Shown: piece by piece, positions 40,646-54,820 of the stretch
How the letters are laid out: each line of letters begins with the position of its first letter
Position numbering within the stretch: position 1 is the first letter of the stretch
Source of the DNA: Octopus sinensis
Taxonomy: Eukaryota
DNA: 64,000 nt
NCBI RefSeq assembly: GCF_006345805.1
Contig: NC_043005.1
Span: 41,974,001 to 42,038,000, forward strand
Direction of reading: 5' to 3'
Made by a program: the position numbers and the translations under genes
Notes under the pieces: generated by a model
The model's database searches: none
Told to the model about the DNA's origin: nothing
Seen by the model: only the letters and a program-made list of their open reading frames with translations

Positions 40646-42670
40646 ATATATGCTTGTTTTACTCATCTTATTTTAGAAATTCTTTCATATGTCTTGAGAT
40701 AAAAGTAATAAAACCAATGCTAGAGGTATATAAGTGAGCGATAATGTACCTGTTATAAACAGTTTACACTTGCATTTAAAGAAACGAATAGGTAAGATCG
40801 CGACATGCCATGTTCAATGTTTGATTTGCAGATAATGAGAAATAACAGTATTTTTTCCCTGATGAAAAGAAACAATGAAACAAGAATGTATTGTCAAATG
40901 TTAAAAGAATTAGCATGATTATATTTATATCTCCAGTAGGGGATTAGCATATATAAAGCAATGTGTGTGTACATGATTGTTAACTAGTATGCAAGCGTAT
41001 ACTCACATACATAACTACACCTGCATCAAATCCATAACCATTCACACATTCACGCTTGAAAATTACCCATTCATGTAATTACACATACATAGTTGTACAC
41101 AAACAACAACCAAGCATTTCGTTATTTATAAATAAACGTGCATAAATAAACGTGTATACATTCAGTCTAGAAAACGTTTATACAATTGATCGCGCAAATA
41201 AGTTCTGTAGCCAAAATAAACGAATACTGTAACCTGGGATTACAACAAGGTTCTAATAGATTTAGTGTTTGGTGTAAGATGTGTAGTAAACTCACTAGTG
41301 AGAAACCCCAGACTTGTTTGCTTAACGAAGTTACTAACTTAGCGATCTATATGTATTTTTCTGTAAGTTGAAACAATCATCTGAGATTTCTAGGTTTTAA
41401 TGATGCTGGTTTTCCCTTGCCACTCTCCTTGGACGCAAAAATGAGTTATTGCTAATCTACAAACTGTTACTAATACTATTGTTTATATTCAGAATTAGAT
41501 TGAACTGGTGTCAATACGAAATCAAGTAGACATTTGACCGAGAGAAGAATTCCTTTTCAGCTTTCGATTCTAATTGATAGAGACAGAATTTGTCTTGTAG
41601 TTTGAATGATCAGGAAATTGAATACAAGTCTAATACTAGTTGCCAATATGTCTATGCAGAATTTATCTGACTACAATGTCAGACATCCGTTTGGCCTTTA
41701 CACTTTCACATACACAATTCAGAATATGTTTAAAATCTCAATGCATTTATATACTATACAAGGCTTGAATGTTCTTGACGCATGCATATCTGCTTTGAAG
41801 ATCAAACACCGTTTCAACTTAGATGACACTGATGCCTGGTGCAAACTTCAAAAGGATTGACTTACCTTGTCATAAAGATTTTTGCAAAGCTGATGGTCGC
41901 TAAGTAAAACTAAAATATTTGTCGTTAATTTACTACATTCATGTCCAGTTATTTCTAACTATATGAATCAAGCTATATTGGTCTGAAGGGCCAAGTTTCA
42001 TCGTTTCAATAAAAATCATAAAACTATATGCAAGTTGGTGATATTAGCTAAAACAAAACGAAACCAGAAAGCCGCGGAGTTGAAACTAATATGTCACTCA
42101 CCATCCATATTTCAAAATTTACTAAGTCGCTTTTTTTTTATCTATTTGATATTCAATCGATTTTCATTAAAATCTTCTATGTGCAAGAAAAGTACAATAT
42201 ATATATATATAACTGTATAATAACATCATTATAATATTCTATTCTCCCATTTGAAGCCACAATTTATAAATTCAAACAAATTATTCAAAAATGATGAGAT
42301 AACCCCAGTTGCTTTTACACTATGAGTCTTCCATAGTAGCTTTCTCTCCGTAACTTAGAAAACCTTCCGCGCTTGTTTACAAATATTATATGTCGTATTA
42401 GATAGTTTAAGTATATAAAAACTAAATTTGACTGAAATTGATGGATGAGCATTTGACCAATAGGATGCGCCGTGTTAGCGTTGATTTGTGGGTTCGATTC
42501 TGACTGGGGTTAGCTCATCATTTTTCAGTCATTTGTTCGTATTTATAAATTACAGCTTGAAATCGGAGAATATAATATGATGTTATTATACAGTTGTTAT
42601 TATAGTATGAACCATCCATAATAGCTTTCTCTTCGTCACAAAACCTTCCGCGTTTGTTTGAAAAAAAAAG

Positions 42671-42701
<31 letters not shown>

Positions 42702-42816
42702 TATATATATATATATACATACATACATACATACACACACATATCCATCTATTTATCACCGGTGATCATGGTGATATATATATATACGTACATATATATA
42801 TATATATATATATATA

Positions 42817-43055
42817 CAGGGGCTGGACAAAATAATGGAAACACCTTTCAAACAAATTTATTTTAATATGGGGTAGGACCGCCTTTGGCAGTAATTACAG
42901 CTTGAATTCTACGAGGTATGGATTCGTACTAAGTTTGAATTGTTTTCAAAGGAAATTTTGTCCATTCTTCAGCTAAAACATTCTCCAGTTCTTGTAGTGA
43001 TGATGGTGGAGGATATCGACTCCTTACTTGTTTTTTCTAAAATGCACCATAAATG
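42817..43055 (-). mobile_element. Tc1 transposon 3' fragment with TIR
   Basis: TA-CAGGGGCTGGACAAAATAATGGAAACACC TIR; minus translation KQVRSRYPPPSSLQELENVLAEEWTKFP...SIPRRIQAVITAKGGPTPY*. Confidence 0.9.
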
Positions 43056-44078
43056 ACTTGTTTTTTTTTACTAGACTTGTGCATCAAATATTCTGTTCCT
43101 TTTACTGATTCATTCATAACTTTGTTCTCAGTGAAAATCCAATAGTAAAGTAATGAAGATTTATTTGCAATCTAAATCTTAGTTATTGGGGCGTGAATTA
43201 ACTACAACCAGTAATACATTAATATTTTCGTAAAGAACAACATTAAGAATATTTTATAATTGTTTTTAGAAATAATTACCCCCGTTCGAATTCATCTTTA
43301 ATTACTAGGAGAATTTATAAACAGACAATATAGGAGATATCAGCACGTTTAATAAAATTATATATTTGAATTATCATAGCTTCAACTGTGATTTCCTAAT
43401 TTCATCTGAAATTTCAATTTGTGAATTTGAACATTCAAATAACAATTTTCGTTCTTATAGTAATTTGCTATAAATTCTAGTTTACAAATTCGACTTAATA
43501 TATTTGGAACTAGAAAACCCGTTAGTGTATTAATTACGTTTAGAATTAAAGTATTAAAACAAAGTGATACATTAAAGCGAGCAAATCATGTTCACGTGTG
43601 ATAACATTTGTATTTTGTTTCGAGAGAAAAGACAATTTTGTTCGAATTATTACTAGTAACCTTTACCGGATAATAATTTAAGTTAATAGGGAATCGTTAT
43701 TTACGCTTGTTCTAACTTGTTCATGGAAAACCCAGTGATCTAGCTAGTATCAATTACCGTTATCGTAACACAATATATGACGTCATTTATTAAGCGAATG
43801 CCAAAGTGCATGATCTCCCTATAAATATTGATTCGAATTAAAACGTAAAAACGTATGAGATGGTTGCACATGACTTGATACTAAAGACACTTGAAATTGA
43901 GACAGTCTGCCATTGGTCATCTCTTGCTTGGCTTTACAATATTAATACATTACAGTGGTTAACAACATCAGTTAAAGAATGGTTCCAGTTTCGTACCTAC
44001 TGTATGAAACTTTGGACAATTGCAATCCACTGTGTAATTTTCGATTAATTTACACCCATGTATATACATATGTGTGGA

Positions 44079-44575
44079 GGCGCAATGGCCCAGCGACAGG
44101 GCAGCGGACTCGCGGTCGTAGGATCGCAGTTTCGATCCCTGACGGGGCATTGTAAGTGTTTATTGAGCGAAAACACCTAAAGCTCCACGAGGCTCCGGCA
44201 GTGGGGTGGATTGGACCCTGCTGTACTGTTTCACCACAACTTTCACACTTTCTTCCTGTTTCTGTTGTACCTGTATTTCAAAAGGCTAGCCTTGTTACAC
44301 TCTGTGTCACGCTGATTCTCCCCGAGAACTACGTTAAGGATACACGTGTCTGTGGAGTGCTCAGCCACTTGCACGTTAATAAATGAGCTGCGACGTCACT
44401 GGTGCCAAGCTGTATCAGCCGTTGCCTTTCCTTTGAATAACATCGGTGGGGTGGAGAGGGGAGGCCAGTATGCATGGACGACTGCTGGTCTCCCATAAAC
44501 AACCTTGCCCAGATTGTGCCTCGAAGGATAACTTTCTAGGTGCAATCCCATGGTTATTCATGACCGAAGGTGGTC
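44079..44575 (+). mobile_element. Chimeric SINE: family A (44079-44380) fused to family D tail (44381-44575)
   Basis: First part matches 22343-22070; after GCACGTTAAT the sequence switches to AAATGAGCTGCGACGTCACTGGTGCCAAGC, matching 7374-7560. Confidence 0.85.
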
Positions 44576-44822
44576 ACACAATATACATATGTGTAGGGTA
44601 CTGCCCTGCTACTGTACACGAACTATAGACAGGAACTTCACTGCGGGCTAGCTAGTGTTATGGGGACTTCCGGTTAGGTGGAAACGAAGATGGAGACGTT
44701 GGATGGTGCATATTCATCTTCGCAGTGAGTAGTTGAATGCAACCAAAATAAATAATACACCGACACACACGTGTTATTGGTAGATTTTGAGTATAGCTTA
44801 AAGCTACATATGTATGCGTGTG

Positions 44823-45029
44823 TATGCGTATTGATCGCTTGATATGGTTTACAGACTTTATATATTAAGAGTAAGTAGGTAGTCAGAATTTGAATAGGAA
44901 TTATTTCTTTAACACTTTTATCCCCGAAGGATTCAATCATAAATGATTTTTTAATGGAAAATTCATCACTTTTATATACATGTGACATCGTGAACAATAA
45001 TCTGGTGTTAAGTTCTAAGATATACATAC

Positions 45030-45066
<37 letters not shown>

Positions 45067-45345
45067 CGTGAGTGTGTGTGTGTCTGTTATATATGTATAT
45101 ATATTTATATATATATATATGTGTGTGTGTGTATGTGTGTGTGTGTATGCCTATAAACCCAACATCAGATTATTGTCCACCAAGTCACATGTACATAAAA
45201 GTTATGAATTTTTCATTAAAAATCATTCATAATGAATCCTTCAAGAATGAAAGTGTTAAAGAAATAATTTATATCCACATTCTGACTACCTATTTATTCT
45301 TAATATATAAAGTCTGTACAACATATCAAACGATCAATACACACG
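44823..45345. repeat. Inverted repeat, about 190-bp arms around a (TA)/(TG) microsatellite spacer
   Basis: GTATTGATCG.TTGATATG..TACAGACTTTATATATTAAGA...ACATGTGAC...CAATAATCTG is mirrored at 45155-45345. Confidence 0.85.
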
Positions 45346-45374
45346 ATTAATATATAGTATATAATGCATATACA

Positions 45375-46641
45375 TAATGTTATATTTTTCAAAATTAAAT
45401 AAAGTTCTTTATTAATCTAAAATATACTTTCCTTCATTTTCTACAATGCTCTTCCATCTAACTAGTAGGCTTGCAATGCCCTTCTTCCAAAATTCACCTG
45501 TCCGTAACGAAAAAATACCCCTCCAGTACTGTTCTGACCCGCTCTACAGAATTCATACTTTTTCCGTTCAAATGCTTTTGAAGACAGCGGAATAAAAGAT
45601 AATCAGACAGGGCAATGTCTGACGAATATGGTGGGTGGGGCATCTTTCCCATTTAAACTATTCCAGCTTTTGGAATGTCATCTTCGCTGTATGGTGCCGA
45701 GCATTATCCTGATGTAACAGTACATTTCGTCTTGAAATCAAAAATGGTCGTTTTTCATCTAGAAACTAAAGATGGTCGATTTTCTTCTGGCGCTGACTTA
45801 AGCCGCTCAAGCCGCTCGCAGTAGATCTTCTTTATGATCGTTTGGTTTGGGTTTAGAAGTTCAAAGTGAACTAAACCTTTCAGATCCCACCATACATATA
45901 ACATCAACTTACGTGTGTGAAGGACTTCTTTAACCTGGGGTGCCAGTGTTTCTCCTTTCCTTATCCACTGTCTTCGGCGCTTGATATTTTGCTAGGGATT
46001 TCTCGTCACCAGTCACTATTCAGTTCGAAAAAGGTTCCTTCGTGAGACGTGACAGCAAAGAAGAGCACACATTCACTCTCTGCTCCCGATTGGACTCGGA
46101 AAGTTTGTGAGGATGACGGAATTTGCTGATTTTTCCGATTGCCAGTAGGTGTCGATGAATGTTTGAATGACCAAATCCAAGCTTCTCTGCTAGTTTCTCA
46201 ACAGTTATGATGGGATTTTTTTCCTGCAGGACGTCATTGTCGAGCTCTACAGATCTTCCAGGACGAGGCACGTTTTATAGGCTGTAGTTTCCAGCTCGGA
46301 ATTTCTGGAACCACCATTGACACTGGTTTACGTTTATTGCCATTGTTCGATCTGCATAAACTGCATTGTTATTCCTCGCACTCTCCGTTGCGTTGTTGAC
46401 TTTATTAAACTCATAAAGCAAAATAGTCGAAAACGTTCCTTTATTACTTCCATTATAATTTTGAAAAAAATGACTTTTTAAATTAAACTGCACTCTTCAA
46501 AACTTGCTCTAAGAATAAGGGTAAGGTAAAATTACTACCTGCCTATATAGCACGTTGATGTAAGTTTTTTTATCCCGTTCCCCTCCGACTTTTAGTTCAT
46601 GCAAGTGAAAAAATCTGCATCATTTATAGGATGACCCAATT
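45375..46641 (-). mobile_element. Near-full-length decayed mariner (DD34D) transposase pseudogene
   Basis: LLYEFNK.NNATESARN, WFQKFRAGN, PRPGR, IVTGDEK, WWDLKGLVHFELL, LLHQDNARHHTA, HPPYS.DIA.SDY, RWKSIVENEGKY; one TIR TTGGGTCATCCTATAAA; multiple stops and frameshifts. Confidence 0.92.
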
Positions 46642-46644
<3 letters not shown>

Positions 46645-46735
<91 letters not shown>

Positions 46736-46752
46736 AAGATAGATAGCTAGCT

Positions 46753-46824
<72 letters not shown>

Positions 46825-46837
46825 GTAGGTAGGTAGG

Positions 46838-46912
<75 letters not shown>
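46645..46912. repeat. (AG)n(ACAG)n(ATAG)n(GTAG)n compound microsatellite
   Basis: Direct reading. Confidence 0.97.
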
Positions 46913-47419
46913 GTAACATAAAGATCACTTAGTACAGGGTAAGGATAATTATCGATTAAGTGGGGTAACTGAAAAATCCAACACGTGTTAACGACCTGCA
47001 GTTTCTTCACCTTTAACATTCTTCGAACTGCGGAAACTTCTAGAAGCTATATGGTTGTCTTTGAAATCCGATTTGAAATACTTTCCTGAGGTAACTGTGA
47101 ACCCACTCGCGCACGCGTTTTCGCCTGATGATGTGTTAATATATGTTCTTAGGGAGTCGTAAAAACACTAAAGACCAAATGTTATCGTAACACTAAATTT
47201 AAGTAGAAATTGGTGGGAATTTTATGTAATAATCCTTCTAATAACCTATCACACATAGACATGCTCATCATACACGCACGCACACACACGCGCACGCACA
47301 CACACACACATACACACACACATATATATATATATATATGTATATATTTCAAAATGTAACCTCATGTAAATCGTTGATGATTTTCTCCCTCCGTCTTCCG
47401 TTCTATTGGACTTTCCTCT

Positions 47420-47454
47420 GTTTCTGAAGAAGAGCTTTGCTCGAAACGTTAAAC
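47420..47454 (+). ncRNA. Minimal type-I hammerhead ribozyme motif (Penelope-associated type)
   Basis: GTTT-CTGAAGA-A-GAGC(TTT)GCTC-GAAA-C-GTT-AAAC: stem I GTTT/AAAC, stem II GAGC/GCTC, palindromic ACGT stem III, GUU cleavage triplet. Confidence 0.6.
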
Positions 47455-47551
47455 CATCTTTCTTTCTTTCCCTGAGCGTCTGCTATTATTTTACATGTAC
47501 CATGTCCTCGCGTTGTTGTTTTTTAGTGTTTGTTCTTGTTTTGGGATTTAC

Positions 47552-47612
<61 letters not shown>

Positions 47613-48616
47613 ATATATATGTATGTATACACACACACAACATTATTTTACCCTTTTATTTTCTTTGACAGGTTTTAGTTGTCGAACTACGGCGATACTG
47701 TGAGATAGCTTTGAAGTGTTTATTGAAGCAAATTTCCTGCACTACATATTTCAGCCAAGCATTTACTCTATCAGCGCTTGCTTTGTCGAACAGTTAGGGT
47801 GCAGAAGCGATAAACGGTGATCTGTTGTCTAGCGGTAATACAAAGAAAAAATACGGTCTGAGAGGAACAGAGAGAAACCGATGTTAATAAGTATGTGTAT
47901 GTCAGTGTAAAAATGGTACTTGGATGAATTTCATTTAGTTGACATGGTTAGTAGTGATTAAAAATACATTAGCTTTAGTATTCAATATTTATATCTTAGT
48001 TTGGATGATGATTTCCTAGTTTATCATTAAACATATCAAAAAAGAAATTATTTTTCTACTTCACTAAAAATAAATAATTTAGAAACATTGAGATAACCTT
48101 TGGGTGGTTAATCAGAACGCAAGAAATAACATCCAAATTTCTTTTTAATTACATCCTACTATCCTAAACTACGAAATATTGAATATGTGCCGCGGGCACT
48201 CTACTTCGGAAAGGGTAGATTAATGATGATTGTATTCCCATGTTATATCTTCATTGCATCGACAGTGAAAGCTATTGTTCTTAAGGTAATCAGTCTACCT
48301 GGTGCCGGCACTGACATCTTAACGGTAGATATTAATTTAATAATTAGGACACCATTAACTTTAATTTCAATTAAAGACCAATAAGGCTATTAATGCAACG
48401 CCAGCCAGACTGTTAGGCATTTATGTTATACGCTCTAAATCATTGATACTCAACCGGGAAACATGATAAAGGGCCAAATCACATACTCAGATCTCACGGG
48501 GAACTGTATGATTCCAAACATAAATTTAGACGTACGATCAACTTGTCATAATTCTTATACTTCATTATTTATGCTCATTTGAACAGCATTGGTATTTAGA
48601 ATTACAGAAGGTTTAT

Positions 48617-49014
48617 ACTCTTTACTCTTTTACTTGTTTCAGTCATTTGACTGCGGCCATGCTGGAGCACCGCCTTTAATCAAGCAACTCGACCCCAGGA
48701 TTTATTCTTTTGTAAGCCCAGTACTTATTCTATCGGTCTCTTTTGCCGAACCGCTAAGTAACGGGGACATAAACACACCAGCATCGGTTGTTACGCAATG
48801 CTAAGGGGACAAACACAGACACTCAAACACACACACGCATTACATATATACGACGGGTTTCTTTCATTTTCCGTCTACCAATTCCACTCACAAGGCTTTG
48901 GTCGGCCCGAGGCTATAGTAGAAGATACTTGCCCAAGGTGCCACGCAGTGGGACTGAACCCGGAACCATGTGGTTGGTAAACAAGCTACTTACCACACAG
49001 CCACTCCTACGCCT
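48617..49014 (-). mobile_element. SINE family C, full length
   Basis: Reverse complement of 3335-3750 at high identity. Confidence 0.92.
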
Positions 49015-49429
49015 ATGCTTGTGTTTTTCTAATTTGTTGAAACTGTTATTGTCATGTGTCTTACAATCAAAAGCTCGTAGCCACCTTGTTATTTTAAGGA
49101 GTAACGGGTATTCGTTTGTCCTCATTAAGGTTGTAGTTGGATATTACAAAGGAACTATAGAGTTTGTAAGAACGAGAAATTTCACGGGGAGTAAAGGTTC
49201 AATCGAAAGAAAAATTTTTACTATAAATTTTGTTTCTAAAAATTCTGAGAATCCATTAAATTAAATGTGTGAATATGTTTACAACTTGCGTATCTGAATC
49301 ACATTTAAGTCTTTTGATAATCATCACTGCTAATACACAACTTTATTTCCATAGGCAGCGTTGTTTTGTAAGCTACCACAACCAATTTGTTATCAATGGG
49401 TACGGTTGAAATTTGTAAAGCACATTCTT

Positions 49430-49775
49430 TCAATTAATAGTGTCTGTGCTGGTGGAGCAGCTGAAACAACTCCGATTGAAAATTCCTCAAGATATGCTAG
49501 TCTGTGCAAAACATGACTCAGACTTCATAAAGACCATAATCATTGGGGATTAGACATGAATTTATTCTCTCTACTTGATACTTTCAGTCATCTTGTGTGA
49601 AAACGAAAATCCAGCGAGCGCACACTAGGTGCCTGTACTCTAGGCGTATCAGCCTGAAACTGATGCGGTCTACAGGCAGAAAACATTTTTACCTACAACC
49701 CAAAGAATTTTTCCTACGCAGGATTAGTCTTAGCGGGTAAAAATAAGATCGGAGGTTTTTTGAACGCACCTTGTA
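49430..49775 (-). mobile_element. Mariner 5' fragment
   Basis: TA-CAAGGTGCGTTCAAAAAA TIR-like end; start ATGACTGAAAGTATC resembles the MTERIEQR N-terminus. Confidence 0.5.
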
Positions 49776-51029
49776 CGTGGTACACACAAATGGAGCTAAG
49801 TCAATGCTAGTCAAGCGACTTCCGAGTTCTATGTAATTTTATTTCTCAGCAAATTGAAATTTTTGTATTTTCAGATCTTTATCACTTTCTGGTACATATG
49901 TAGGTAGTAGTTATTTTTCTTGCAGTCACTGTGACGTTTTCTTTTACTTGAATTAATCAAAAAAGCTCAAACGTACACATAAAAACATGCCTGCGTGCAT
50001 TCATTCATGTATGCATTCATTTATGTATGCATTCATACATGCAACATACCTCCATGTACCACAAGGTGGAGTTTTAAAAAATGTGTCTGAAATTTTGTTC
50101 TATAATTTAAAAATCTCTTTCCACCTATAGCTGTAATTTCTTTTTTTATGCATGCTTCTTTATGTTACATATTCTGGATGACTCAGTTGGAATAACTGAA
50201 GTAAAATACTATTCGTTAATTAACAAAAATTTTTTTTTATTTTGGTAATTATATTTGACATTGACAACTTCACTAAAATCCACTTGCACTACCACAAAAT
50301 ATCCTACCGTATAACGTATCAGATAATTCCTGCTGGCCTCTCCATTTAGCAGAATTTATATTTAGCAATATAAAACAATAGAGAAAGCTCAATTAGATAT
50401 TTAAGATATATTAAATTACTGGGACGAAGTTCGTTCAAACTGAAACCATTTCATAGCTAAGCAGCTTCGATACCAGTCATCTTTCACTGGTTATGGCAGG
50501 CAACGAGTGTTTTGTCAATGCTAGTCAAATTTAAAAGGACTGTTTCTGCGGAGGAAAGCGTCAAAATCTAAACGAAGTCGATTACATCATCATGATCGTC
50601 TCCATCACTCACTCACAACCGCTTTAAAGGTAAACCAATAGGTTTAATGCGAAGAAAATACCTGCCGGAAACTAGTTACATATCACGAAGAAATTTAGTA
50701 TACTATACTATAAACGACAAATTGATAACTGAAGCATGAACTCAAGATCCTCGGTGAACGACTCCTCTACTGCAAATGATTATAAAGATGAAAAAAGGCA
50801 TCATTCGAAGAAAATGCAAAGAAAAAACCCCTCAAGAATGGGGAAGCCTTACGAAGATATTAAATCGTCTTAGTTTAATATTTAAAATGTGCTCGTAACA
50901 AAATGCAGTGTGAAAGAAAACAATTAGAAAGAAATACTGAATAAGTAATTTATACATACCACAATTTCTGAAATTTAAAAAAAAAAAACAGTGAGCAAGT
51001 TGAATGTAAATATATCAATGCTCGGCTTA

Positions 51030-51374
51030 TTTTTGCTGTGGCAGCCAGTTTTCTGATAGAACGATGAGGATTTCACCGTAACTTTTCTCTGGTACTTTTG
51101 ATAAGCTGAGGTGTCTGCATACTTCTTTTTCAGCAACGTCCAGGTTGATCAGCGGTGGAACAAGTCTCTTGAAATTTCTTCACATGTACAGTTAGTTTTA
51201 AGCTTTCGGTCTATAGCCGTTAACCAATTCATAAATCTCAATTTATTTAGTTTGAAACAAAAAAGAAGACGCATAAGGCTTTTATAATGATGTATAATTT
51301 TCATATCTTATCATATTTATTGATAGTTATTAAAGCCCAAAACTTCGATTGCCTTAATTTCGGGACACCTTGTA
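51030..51374 (-). mobile_element. maT/Tc1-like 5' fragment
   Basis: TA-CAAGGTGTCCCGAAATTAAG TIR; KKFQETCSTADQPGRC*KRSMQTPQLIKSTREKLR*NPHRSIRKLA. Confidence 0.8.
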
Positions 51375-53652
51375 TATATCTTGTATATAGATCGGCGATT
51401 TAGAAGGGATCTGGTTCGGCTTCAGATCTAAAGGTAAAACTTTTATGTGTTTCTTGAGAATAAACTGAGTTGATTGCTGTGTGACCGCTACCTGAATTTA
51501 AAGTAAATTCTTAAAGTTGATTAACACGTTCATGCACACTATATTGAGAATGATATTGACTGCGTGATCATGTAACAGAGATTTCACTTCTACCTATGAA
51601 TTCTGTGTGTGAAACTACACAACGCTGTAAACGACGTCGGTGGGAGAAAAGACATGCTATTTAAGCGTCATTCCACCTCCGCAGTGATAGGTACTTCCTC
51701 AGATATGTAATGCTAACCAAAATTTCAGTAGAAAACGGCAAGCACCAACAAGTATATTGTTTGCGGCTTTCTTTATAGCAAGATATCGTTTACATCTTAA
51801 CGTATTTCAACTCCCAAAATCTACAGGAAAAAATGTTTTCTTCGAAAGAAAACACCTAGGCAAATACGGTTCGCGCTCTAGTGTACAGGAAAGTGTTAAA
51901 AATAAATATATACGTTCGATTATTTTGATCTTCGCTGCTTCATGTGCATATACTAAGTATATTATTTTAATTTAAAGGAGTATTCACTCAGGACATTATT
52001 CTGAAAATAAATAGATCCTTTCTCATTAACTCCGAACTAATTATATTACTTTTACTCTGAAGATGTTGATAAATGACTTTTTTTTAACAGACGCTATTTC
52101 CGGCTGTGCTTTTCCTTGAGCAGCAATTTTTCTGAAAAGTTCACTAATTAACTACACATATCTACCGAATTATTCACATCTATTTGAAATAAACGATTTG
52201 ACAGTTAATACGAACCCTAAATGATTAAGAACACATATTGTAATTAGAGCAACAACGTGTTGTGCATTGCTAATAATGTATGCAAAGTCATTAGTATAAA
52301 GGAGGTCTGCTGTAAAAACGAAAGAGTAAATCATTGGCTCGCAATGATTAAAGTAATTGTAGATCACGACCCACGGACATGTCTCACTTAATGAGAAGCA
52401 AAGAAAATAAAAGCATTTATCGTTATTTCTTCTAATAATTGTTTGAAAGGGATAATAACGGAAGTTAGAACTAATACAATGAGATTTATATCTGCAACGA
52501 TCTTTACACGTCAAACAACTATATAACAAACGAGAACTGATTCAACTGCTTTAATAATGTGCATCTAAGTAAGTTTATTTTCATCAATAATGCAATTCGA
52601 TGTTTAAACAAGGAAACTGATATAGAAAATCTATCGGCATACCCATTTTCTACTATATAACCGCAATTAACAAAGTTTGAATACTTATTTCCTCAAGTCT
52701 CTTCGTGGACCGAGTTGATAAAACAGTTATACATTTAACAGGAAAATGAAATTAAACTTGAATACTGTAGCCTACCTAGTCGTAGTACATCAATTGCATG
52801 TATGATCAGTAAGAGAATCTACAGACAGTACTTTTTATAGATAAAATATTGAAATATATAACCTAAAATAAAGAAAGTACACATCCTTTCCCAGCCCTGA
52901 ACAGTTATAATACTGCATCCATCGTCTAAAAATATGAGAAAGTTAATGCATGAAATGTGTTGATCCTAAATTATCGAAAAAGTTTCTATAATATAACGTT
53001 TGCTTTAAATGTTTTTGGCTCTAATATTCGAAAAACGTTTAGTAGAAGGCAGAATTATTCTTTTGAGTTAGAAAAGAAAATATTTTTTTAAAATTTTATA
53101 TATGAATTTGCATTACACTGACCGATAATTATATATTAGATATTAACACTTAATTTGAAACTTCAAATTATACAAAAATTTGAAGACTAACAAACCGAAT
53201 GGTCCCTTAATCCTCCTGAAGAACGTCATTGTTAACGGTTGTCGTCAGCATATTAGCAATATTAGTTGTGATAAGGTGATGGTTTGTAAGAATAGGTGTT
53301 GCTCTTCTTCTGAATTCAATACATTATAGCGTGTTTCGAAAAGAACCGGTTTCGAAGAAACAAAAATCTTTTCAGTATGGGTTCTGACTGTGTTGGCAAA
53401 TTAAAAGGAAGCTGTCAGGGCTGATGGTCTTGTTCGTTTGAGGTGATCGGAGCTATTTCCACATTTGATGTTCGTTTATACTAAGTAGTAAATTTGGACG
53501 CTGTAAGTGAATAGATTTCGAGCTTTGCCTTGTGCATGTAGCATGGACATTGCTGAAAAGCAGGGTGTAAAGGTGGATGTTTTCTCAAGTGTAGAACCAA
53601 GTGAATGATGTAAGTAATGTCGAGGGATATAATATAAGAATATATTATTTAA

Positions 53653-53883
53653 GGCGGCGAGCTGGCAGAAAGGTTAGCACGCCGGGCGAAATGCGTAGCC
53701 GTATTTCGTCTGCCGTTACGTTCTGAGTTCAAATTCCGCCGAGGTCGACTTTGCCTTTCATCCTTTCGGGGTCGATAAATTAAGTACCAGTTACGCACTG
53801 GGGTCGATGTAATCGACTTAGTCCCTTTGTCTGTCCTTGTTTGTCCCCTCTGTGTTTAGCCCCTTGTGGGTAGTAAAGAAATA
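53653..53883 (+). mobile_element. SINE family B, young full-length copy
   Basis: Intact head, core and tail; ATATAATATAAGA occurs on both flanks (TSD-like). Confidence 0.93.
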
Positions 53884-54539
53884 TATAATATAAGAGTATA
53901 AACGTATCAAAATATCACTATCAAAATATCACTATTGATATTTCTACTATTAATAGTTGGGTGTTTATACTTTAATTATCTTTAAATTCACTAGCCAAAA
54001 TCTTATTATGTGGTGCAGCTGTGTCAAATATGGAGGATGAGATGTTTTTTCACGCTGCTTTATATTCAGTGCATTATTTAAACTGCTTGGTACAGTAGAA
54101 TTGTCCACCGCCTTAAGAACGTACTTGGGTTTCTATGTACGTGAAACTATTAGTAGCGTGGTTTATACATGTGAGGTAATCTTATAAACTATACCTGTGT
54201 ATGCACGCGCGCATTTGTATTAATATATATTTATGTATGATGTATGTATGCAAGTATGTATGTATGTATGTATGTATGTATGTATGTATGTATGTATGTA
54301 TGTATGTATGTATGTATGTGTGTATAGCCGCTGGCGTGGTTCTGTGGCAAAAAGGTTGCTTCCGAATATTTCCGGATTCAGTCCATTGCGTGGCACTTTT
54401 GTCAAGTGTCTTTGCCAAGCTTTGAATGTCTATGGCTAAGAGAGTGTACGCGTGTATTTGTGTGTTTGGGTGTCTGTGCGTGTGTGTGTGTATCTATGTG
54501 TGTGTATACGACTTGTATGAGTATACAAATACATACCTT

Positions 54540-54782
54540 CACAGGTGTGGCCTTGTAGTAAGAAGCTTGCTTACCAACCACATGGTTCTGGATTCAGTCT
54601 CACTGCGTGGTACTTTGGGTAAGTGTCTTACACCATAGTCTCGGACCGACTAAAGGTTTTTGAGTGGATTTGATAGATGAAACCTGAAAGAAGCCCTTCC
54701 TACACACACATGCATATATGTATGTATGTATGTATGTATGTGTATGTATGTATGTATGTATATGTATGTATGTATATATATA

Positions 54783-54820
<38 letters not shown>

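Noticed and set aside
41866-41899. 34-nt minus-strand exon candidate with AAG|GTAAGT donor
   Set aside because: Too short to evaluate, two frames are open, and no partner exon was found.
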